Shown: positions 54,701-64,000 of the stretch, piece by piece
Numbering within the stretch: position 1 is the first letter of the stretch
Layout of the letters: the number at the start of each line of letters is the position of its first letter
Position numbers and translations under genes: made by a program
Assembly (NCBI GenBank): GCA_973895155.1
Contig: OZ316892.1
Location: 6,741,251 to 6,805,250 of the forward strand
DNA from: Marsupella aquatica
Lineage: Eukaryota > Plantae > Marchantiophyta
Length of the DNA: 64,000 bases
Reading direction: 5' to 3'
Notes under the pieces: generated by a model
The model's input: only the letters and a program-made list of their open reading frames with translations
What the model was told of the DNA's origin: nothing
Database searches by the model: none

Positions 54701-57700
54701 CCGAAAAGAATGAAGCTAAAGGAGATCGAGCGCTGGGGAGATGAGAGCAGCAAGGGACCTTCTTCTGCATGGATGCGATTATTTCCCGGGGCAATGAGTA
54801 CGTCTGGATGGGGCCATCAGGCTGGCTAGACCCACTGATGGGAGTATAATTGCGGCAGGTCTGAAAGCTGTGCTCGCTTCTTCGCGCATAATTACGCTAG
54901 CTGAGCGACAAGAGGTATGAGCTTTTAATATATTTGACAAAGAAATGGATCGCTCAAAGGTGACAATTTGATGGACCTCCTACTTAAATAGTCACTAACC
55001 ATATAAATGCCCGGGGAAGTGGCCAAGAGGTCTCACTTTTTTCACTTTTCTCTCTTTCCTCTAGCAGAATTTGATTACCTTAACACTTAGTCGAACTCTT
55101 CTATGGTACAAGTTGTTGGAATGGCCATCTGATGGGGACTAAGTATGGGGAAACTAGTGAACAATGAAACTGTGCACTAGTAAGGGCAAGTCACTAAATT
55201 GATGATGCACAATAAGGACTTAGACTAGCTCGGGGCTGGTCGGGTCATGGGAAGTGGTCGGGCTCAGGGTGGACCGGAGTTTTGAGGGCTTGAGTGAGAG
55301 CTCATCTTGGGCTCAAGGTTAAAGAAGTTTACTTCATGCGCAACGAACGCTTGACGCATGAGATACAACGCAACCCAGGTGCGGTCGTCTGGGACCCCGA
55401 TTGACGACGAGTTTTGAGGGCCTAGCGACGAGCACTGGGGTCTGCCAATCACAACGGGCTAAGGCACTCTGCCTACCGACTTCTAGCTAGAAAGTTACGG
55501 GCATAGCAAATTAGTTGCGTGCCCATGCTGGTGAGTTGTAGTCCAGGTTAGGGGCCAAATATAGGTGCCAAAGCCAATCCAGGGGTGGTAAGTATCCTAA
55601 AGTATATACGAGGGGAATGGTATGTCTCTGGGGCCAAAGGGCAAGCCCAAGTCGTGAGAAGCGGCTGTCGCGACACCAAGAGAAAATACAAAACGAAAAG
55701 AACGATAACTTCTCAACAGGAAATCTGTTGGGGGACTTATTGGATGCGTTGGAAATCTCTTGAGGAGTATTACATCTTCCTGAGCTCAGGTAGGTCTGGG
55801 GGATGCCATAGATTCTTGGGGTTTACAGGGGCTATCTTGCCTGTTTGCCAAATCCTGCCGAAACAATAGCCAAGTCGCGTTCAGTTTCCCACAGGAGCTT
55901 GCTTTGGGGGGACAAAGTAGAGTAGGCATGGAAGTAGAGTTCCAAGTGCACTTGGTCCCTCGACTATCAGTTGAGCGGGAACCTTGGATTTGGGTGCTAG
56001 AGTCGGGGCCAATTTTGTCTTGACGTTTTAGGACAAGCTAAACTAATTGGGCCATGAGCATTAATTTCTTGGGGGCAGGACAGTCAGCCATTGAAGGATA
56101 GAAAGTGGGGAAGCATGGGCAGTACCCAAAGAGGGGCTGTTTCGGACAAACAATGGGTGTTGGCTCTGGCTCGACTTATGGCAAGGCCATGCGGGCCAAA
56201 GAGGTTCTATTCACTACATACTTATCATGCAATGTCAGTTGAGCTTGAGTTAGGATGCTAGTCTTGGAGGGCCTAGATGCTACGATTTACTTACCAAGGT
56301 GTTTGGTTGCTTGTGTAGACACTGAGGATCGTTGAGCGATGGTTGCATTAGGGAGCAAACGCGGATTCGTATGGGAGTGGCCGCTGGAGGTGCAAGAGGT
56401 ACCACGTTACTTGCTCAAGGAGTTCTGTGGAAAGCACTTAGGTGTGGGTACGACGAATGGTGAGGGCGCTGGGTGGCAATGTCCACCACTAATGGCTTGC
56501 TTTATTTGGGGCTTTATTAGAGAGAAATCCAAGTTCTAGATTTGGACAATTCACTAATCACACTATTATAGTGGTGGGTTTTTCACCTATCATTTACTTA
56601 GGTTGGAGTACTAGGGTGCATGTGTGCTCTTTTGTTTTGTTTAGTGAGCCTTGTCCACAATATTAGGGTAACTCCAACTTTAAACAATTTCCCCCAAATG
56701 GTAATAAGAAGGGTTTAGGACTGTCATATCTAAATAAATGAGAAAATAAATATTCTTAAAGATACCTAAAAGTGTGAAGATTAGCCCCCAAAAGGTAAAG
56801 TAGTTTCTCTTTGTAGTTTTTCCCCCTCAAAAAGATTCCCATGTTGAGAATAATAATTAACCTTTCCTTTTTAGAGTATGGATGGATTTTCAAGTAACCC
56901 CTTGAAAGGAAGAATAAAATAGTTTTGGGTGATTTGGTACTTTTGCCTCAATGTTTATTCCTGTACAAAGTGTCTTCTCCCTGACAACTTATTTGCTTAT
57001 GTTGGCCCCACTTCTATCCCCACATGCCATTTTTCTAGTAGACAAGTGTGTAGCTTCTAAACTATTGTGAATCCCTTTCAAAAAAATGGTGGGTGTCTCA
57101 TGATTTTCTCAAAATGACTTAGGCTAGTGACACTAAAGTTACTCAAAACCATAACCTTGGGAAACATAACTCTGAGCTATAGTTAAGAGGGGAGGGTGAA
57201 ATGTTTTGTTCTCACAATTCTTGGATTCCATCACAGTCTCGAGAATAGAAAACTTAGGGTCTAGGTATCTATAGTGTATGAATAATAAATTTAATATAAA
57301 TTGAATGTAAGGATGGGCAAGATTGAAAATTAATTTATTATAGACATAAAGGGGGTGTCATAGAAGAAAATAAAACACTTTAAGAGAGGGGGGTAAAATC
57401 CCCGTTAAAAAAATTCCAAAAGCGGATACACCTTGCTGTCTAAAAAATTAAATAAATAAAAATATAAACAAAATTACGACAAAAGAAGCTGATTAGGCTC
57501 CCCAACATGGTAACTCCAGAAAGTTACTACTTCTGTTGCTTTTACTCTATTGTACTCTGTTTGGCCCTTATAAATTAATAGGGTCAATTTTTAAAAAATC
57601 CTTAAGCCTAGAGATAAAATCACTGCCTATTATACCTTGTTCCTATGCCCCCTCCTATGCCATTCATATTTGTCAAGGGCACACCAGCAAACCTGGGCAG

Positions 57701-59547
57701 AGGTTGGTCGATTCAGGCTGTGGGTAAATTGGACACCCCCTAATCCATCCATTTTCCCCTATCATTCCTAGACTCCATAAACTAAGCCCTACTTTCTCCC
57801 TCCATGTGCTACATGCAATAACTGAGAGTAGTGTTGTCAGCAAATCAAGCTTGCAGTGTCACAACTAAGCTGTGATTATTGTTTTTTGAAGGAACAAAAT
57901 TGTTTCATATGCAGGAGATCTTTATGGCACGTGGCCCAACCCTCACACCCACCAGCCTGTCCTCACACCCAATGAGAGAAGGGGACAAGACTTGGAAAAA
58001 ATCAGCCTCAAGCAGCTCAAGACAAGCTAGATTTTGTGTGCTTTTGGCTGTCAATGTTTCCCAAAGGAGTGTCAAGCTTTCTCCTTAATGGATATCTTCG
58101 AGTTGCCCAATGGTGTATGGTCTAAGTTCTAATTAAAAGCTAGCCCAATTTAAAAGCCCTTGAAGTCAATAACGTTGACCCACTTGGCCACTACTTTATC
58201 ATATAGTCTGTTTCATATTTGGTCTATACACTAGAAGCATCGGACACTAACCAGGGTTTTATTAGTGGCAAAAAGTAGCCAAATCCACCTCCTCCTAAAT
58301 CATTCGCCACTTGTGGCTAAAGCCTCATTTCACCACACCACAAGGCCGTTAGCGATAATCTGACAGTTCTCCTGAAATCTGGGAAGATCTAATGGTCATG
58401 AATACATCTAGTAAAGCTATATGAGGAATGTTCTTAGCATCTCTTTCTTGACACAACGTAGTATTGGCAACTTTTAAAATCCTTAAAGATAATACTGGCA
58501 CTATGAGATGGGCTCTCTAAGGCATGGGGCCCCTAGGAAGGAGAACGTTGACCTTCAGTTGGTCTTCTTGGTTATCTTGGTGCCAGGAGGTTGTTGGCCT
58601 TTTTTGTTTGTCTTATTACCAATATTTTTGCCAAGTCATTGGCAACCAAAAGAAATTGAAGTCCGGATAGACCTCCATAGAGCTGGGATAGATTTTTGCA
58701 ACCCCAATGGACTGCAGAAAACCCGGGAGAAAAACCTTGATTTCCGCTCATGTAGATTACATAGGATGAGTGAAATATGGCAAGAAGACCAGACAGTGAT
58801 TTCTGAAAATTTTTAAGGTCTCTCCACTCTCAATGAGATTTAACATATTACGCTCATTGGCAAGAGTTTTTCAGCCTTTTGTACTGTACCAAAAAAAATA
58901 AGATTCTACTGAATATTGAGGGCAATACTCATTGTCAAAGTTAGCAGCTAAAAGGTTTTGGAAGCATAAAGTGTGGAAAGTGAGTCATAGAGTGATCTTC
59001 AGAAATTCAGAAACCCACCCTCCTAATTTGTCATGGAAACTAGAGATGCTAGACCTGATGGAAAGATTCTCCTCCAAGCCACTTCAAAGGAGCCCAAGAA
59101 GAGCCAAATCTGCTGGACAGAAAGGGAGATATTTACGGCTAAACCTTACTTTTGATTACTTTTTGGAAATGAGAAGGGTGTCAACAATGAATGAAGCTAT
59201 AAAAAGGTGTCAAAGTCCATGGAAATTGCATGGTTCAGTGACTGGGTCCATGGGAGCATCAATTTCCTACCAACACAACTTAGAGAAAAATTGAGATTGG
59301 TGGGGCTGAATTTGCCTGAGTCCTTGGTTGCCCAACCTTGAACAGTACTCCTTAATTAAGATCCAATGGGGTGTCTTTTGACTTGTTCAGAAGTTACTCC
59401 CCACAGAAAAGTACATTAGTGTGTAGAAAAGTTATAGATGGCATAAAATGGCAGTTGATAAATGTTACCAAATGAATGTACTTTACCATCTTCCTAGTAT
59501 AGAGGCAAATGGTGACTACCAAACTTGACCTTTGAGATACCCTATTA

Positions 59548-60687
59548 GAGCATCTTCACCCGTTTGGCAGCCTGTAGCCGCTATCGCCAAAATTTTCCTG
59601 GCAACTTTTTGGGGTCAAAGTTTAGGTGCCAAAATAGCTATTACACAATCCCCACCCGCACAGGAAAAATTGACCTTCATTCCGTAACCACGGTTCGAAC
59701 CACCAATGGTTCAGCACATCGTCCTGGCACTTCAACCTCTTGAGCTCATCTTTTGCCGCCCAATTTCTTGTGGGTCTCTTTCTACTTGAACACTGATTTG
59801 ATTAAGTGTTATCAACTTGATCTGGAGCACCATATTTTTACATCAAGCTCAATCACCTTGGCAGTGGGGCTACCTTTGTGGACTGCATCTCGTTTTCTGG
59901 ATTCATAAATCTGGGACGGTCCTTTAGAATGTAATAGCAGCAATCATAGATAAAACTCTTCTTCTTGGGATGTTTTTCCCTGTACAACTCCTTGGTCAAT
60001 TTGAATGTATCGTGTGCTTTTATTCCTGAAACTTGCCTGCTGTCTACTTGTTGGTGTACGTGAGCCAATTTACTCTGGACATCGTGCTTAATGTCCGACC
60101 ACATCCCTTCCAAGAATTTCTCCCCCCTTGTCTCAAATCCCCTGCCTTTGTTCTTGTGATAATGTTCTCCCACCCTATCCCAAAATTTCTCTGCTCATTG
60201 CCCAGTTCCCACCAATGGATCTTGTGAGCATGTAGAACACTGTAGCACAATTGTTGCATCTTGCAATCTGAGTAGTATTTCCCTTGAGTGCTTGCCATGC
60301 TCCTTGCAGGGCTCCTTGGTCTTGAACCTGCAAGTCCACAAGGTGTGTAGTGCACAGAGTTGCACGCTAATTGCCAGAGTCGCACGTCGACTCTCAGAGT
60401 TGAGTGTAGGAAACCTGCTCCAAAGCGGGAACTTGCCTGCTATACCCGATTCTGACATGTATCCTGACTGTTGCCATTGATTCAAGCAGGGCTGCATATG
60501 GAGGTTGGAACTCCGACCACCAACATACGGCACCAAATGTACCGGCCAGGGTCAGGAGTTTTTGCAGGCTGTCGCAATACTTATGGAGGTTGCAGAGTGC
60601 CGGTGGGACAAACAAAAGAAAATGCGACCCCGTTTTGTTCGAGAATGGAGGTTACATGGGCCTTTGCAGGTTCCAGTGGAGATGCTC
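59548..60687 (-). mobile_element. Non-autonomous PIF/Harbinger element (1140 bp) retaining a decayed Myb/SANT-like ORF1
   Basis: TTA TSD (59545-59547, 60688-60690). TIRs GAGCATCTTCAC / GTGGAGATGCTC. Minus-strand fragments GKYYS..QLCYSVLH / SQDPLVGTGQ / LEGMWSDIKHDV..SG..D....ELY....SFIYDCCYYILKDRPRF match the Harbinger-associated Myb/NAM-associated pattern. Confidence 0.85.
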
Positions 60688-63538
60688 TTAGATCTCCAAT
60701 GAATCAGGAAAGTTAGCAATGAGACCTTAGTTGTGAGGCATCGATCCAGTGCAAATTAATTCCAATTCAGAGCAGTGCCAAATCCAGCATAAGCATCTGC
60801 TGGTATTTCTAGCGCTAAGTACAATGCTGGTGGAATATGCCTCAAACTGGAGCAGTTGTGCAGACAAATCCCGATCAGTGGATCTAGGAATCTGTGATTA
60901 TAGTATCCCGTGGGTGGACTCACATAGAACGGCTATGAATGGTCGTCAGCAACAACTTAATTTGCCCAAAACTAGCCAGAAACACAGGCAACACTTTCAT
61001 ATTACAGATTAGATGTGTTGCTCACATTGTCCCTAGCTAGGACTAATCCCTATGTTGCAAATCCCCCACTTGACCCACCTCATCGTCCAGTTCACCGGAA
61101 ACTCAAGGGAAATGATTGAATTAAAAGACAAACAGATTTTACAATCTTAAAAGAGAGAATACAAAGTTTTACAGAAAGGGCCAAACAGAGTATAAAAGAT
61201 ACCAAACAGGTCCACCAGACAAAAACCAAACTCAAAAGAAGAGACTAAAGGGAAACCCCTAAAAACCAAGAAAGAGAAAACCAAACAAAACTAGACTAAA
61301 CTAAACTAGACTAACACAAATGGACCAAGGTCCTCATCAAACTAGGCAAATGTGGCAAAAGCTAATGGTTCACATCAAGTGTCAACACTAAATTGCAACA
61401 CTAAATTGGCAAGTGAGACCGGAGTGTCCTCTAGGGGGTGAGCTGCTACTTTCACTAGGACTCATAATTGAATAAAAGGACAAGACTTTATAATCTTAAA
61501 GGTTCTTTCCAGGGGCCTAAATGATGGAATAAAAAGAAATCTGGAAAGGTCTTTCCTGGGGCATATTATCACACTGCCAAAGAACAAATAATGCCAAAAA
61601 TGACAATTCTGGAAACAGGATCTCAATTTAGTGGAGAAAACAAGCAAAAAGTCCCCAAAAGACCAAAGAGTCAAAGGGTCCCTCACTAGAGCAAAGTTAG
61701 GCACTAAAGCCTTATTTTCAAGGACAAGCAATAAGACCATAATTTATACGGAAGAGAATAAATTTTACTTATAAAGCGCCAACTACAAGCTAATGATGGG
61801 GACTAGGCTTCTAGAGTGAGGCCTCTAGACAGTAACTCCATGACTCATCATGTGGATGTGAAAACTCATGACTATGATGCATGTCAAATGACAATCACAC
61901 ATCTGTCATGATTTTTATTTACATAAAGAATGGGGTCTATGGCTCCACGAGAACATATGTGCATAGAAAGAGAGTATGATATGTTATGTATGGTTATTAG
62001 AATGATGGCATGCATGATGGGTTTGTTTATCATTCAAAGAATGTGAATAAGGTATATATTTTGGTCATATTTTTATTGTCCTCCCCTCTATTCATTTTCA
62101 AAGAACAAGTAATCGGGGCCAGTAAAGTACAAGATGGGAAAGCAAAAGAGTTCCAAAGAGGACATATACCACACATAGAAAAGAGTCAAATGCAACCTGG
62201 AAAAAAAAAAAGAGGAAAGAATCAAAAAGGGAAATTTTCAAACACTTCCCTAGTGGGGTGGTGGAATAAAGGTCCACAACTACAGCACATGTCACAAAAG
62301 CTAATGGTCCTTATCTAGTATAGTAACTAAATCTGCAAGTGGGACGCAAATATATGTTCTCTATATAGGGGAGCAAGCCTCTGCTGAGGCACAATAACAC
62401 CCATTATGAGAGATTGACAATAGATTGCTTGAGCTTCAGTATGTTAAAATGTCACTGAAATGTTCTGAGAAGTAAATTGAAAAGTTTGGTACAGCCATGA
62501 AGCCCGCTCTGAAGTCAAAAGTTAATTAATAGCATAAGAGAGTCACAAAGAAAAATCTGTATAAATACCCCAAAACCCACAGCTCCGACCCTCCCAAGGG
62601 GTAATAGGCTCTCAATTTATCTCCCACAATGCCCTTGGTATTGAAGGTTCAACTTGCCAACCTTAGGCCCCACACTAAGAAAACATGACTTCCTTGAGAA
62701 AGGACCAAATCATGAAAAAGGGCTAAACAAAGTACAAAAGAGTAAACCCAAAAGCGGTCTGAAGAGGACAAAACACCAAACCGAAAAAAAGGGGGGCAAA
62801 TGTTGAAGAGAAAAGGGACCAATTTACAAAAAAGTGCGAAACAAAGTACAAAGGGAGTAAAGCAAAAGGGGTACAAATAGAACAAACACCAAAGTCAAAA
62901 ACCTAGAACGAAGAGATATATAAAAAAATAAACGACCTGCCACTCCACTACTCCAGTTGTGTGATATCTGCAGTAGAGGTACACATCTAGTGTGGACACT
63001 AGGTGTGCAAGTGGGACATGGATTAGAGATTTGGCTCTTCTGTCCTGGTTTTCGTAACACCCTCTTTCACAATGGAATATATTGGAAGGCCCGGTGCAAA
63101 ATCGACATTCGGCAAAGTAATCTGATTTGCGGAATACGTGATTGCCTTGCCGTGAAGCTTGTCCTCCTACGGATCTGGCAGCTTGTCCATCTTCGATGTC
63201 GAAATACAATTCTTTAATAAACTTACGTTCACAAATCACAATTGTATCGTGACTTCCGCCGGCGTTCAAGGAAATGTCCCTGTTTGATTCGCTTAGGGTC
63301 TCGATGGCAATGAACTCGTGACAGATTTCAATGAACGAAAGATGTTGTGAATCGGACAGCCTGATTTTCCAACTGACCATAGTGATGCCAACGAAGCTAG
63401 CGCAGTCGACGCAATGACGAATCGTCAAAACCAAGAAAGTTGTGGAAGGTTTACAGAGCAAGATTTCCAGCTGCAGCTCCCGGCTAAATCACACTAGAAG
63501 ACAGTATTTTCATCAGTATCATCAGAACAAACAATCCG

Positions 63539-63604
63539 TCAACCTGATCGATGCTAGAATTAGCAATTAATCCCTCAACCTGATCGATTCTAGAATTAGC
63601 AATT
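63539..63604. repeat. Short tandem duplication (~36-bp spacing)
   Basis: tcaacctgatcgat.ctagaattagcaatt occurs twice. Confidence 0.8.
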
Positions 63605-64000
63605 TTCCAGTACAGCACCATTGAATCAATCGATCGCTCAGCTTATTTTACCTTTGTTTCCGAGGTGTGGCTCGATCAGTGCCTTGAAAAGAATGCTGGA
63701 AGTTTAAAGATGAAGTCCTACAGTAAGTGATGTAAGGTACAACTGTTCAGAGTAGGATGGCATCTACTGTAGTGGTTTGTATCTGGGACTCCTGAATTGT
63801 TACGACCAAAACCATGGTATCTTTTGTTCATTGACGATGATTTTGCTGGTTCTGTCGCCTGTCCAGAGGACTAAAAATTGACGGACAGTTGTAAAATCTT
63901 ACATCCAGGGCTCTGGACCGAAGCAGTTCAGACAGATTGTCTCCTGTGAAGGAATATCAATTCTCGTTGGCACGCTTGCTACGAGACAATAAGTGAATCT

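Noticed and set aside
55114-56660. GC-rich block beginning TGTTGG, possible old solo LTR
   Set aside because: No matching CA end with a TSD could be identified.
57880-59300. Short ORFs, possible LINE remnant
   Set aside because: No RT or endonuclease motifs recognisable.
62895-63461. 188-aa minus-strand ORF
   Set aside because: Non-ATG start, no recognisable domain, and it runs into low-complexity T-rich sequence. It may be UTR or pseudogene of a gene beyond the window.

Overview
Eukaryotic, intron-containing land-plant nuclear DNA. Gene style and an alpha/beta-hydrolase-NLR relic suggest a bryophyte, possibly a liverwort (inference). Three intact host genes can be reconstructed: CURT1A (minus, 5 exons, 1280-3058), an intronless GT29 GALT29A-like glycosyltransferase (27674-28948) and a 15-exon chloroplast FtsH7/9 protease (41855-49720). 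The rest is transposon-rich: a full-length Ty1/copia element (19469-25811, TSD AGGAG) with a MITE in gag, PIF/Harbinger derivatives, two short Helitron-like elements ending in non-canonical CTCG, foldback MITEs, tandem repeats, and decayed relics resembling a Crypton/DUF3504 tyrosine recombinase and a hydrolase-NBS-LRR gene. The most unusual object is a 3966-bp TG...CA element with a perfect 5-bp TSD (13062-17027). It looks like a solo LTR but carries one ~890-codon reading frame (not gag/pol) broken only by two in-frame stops. All homology calls are by eye; no searches were run.
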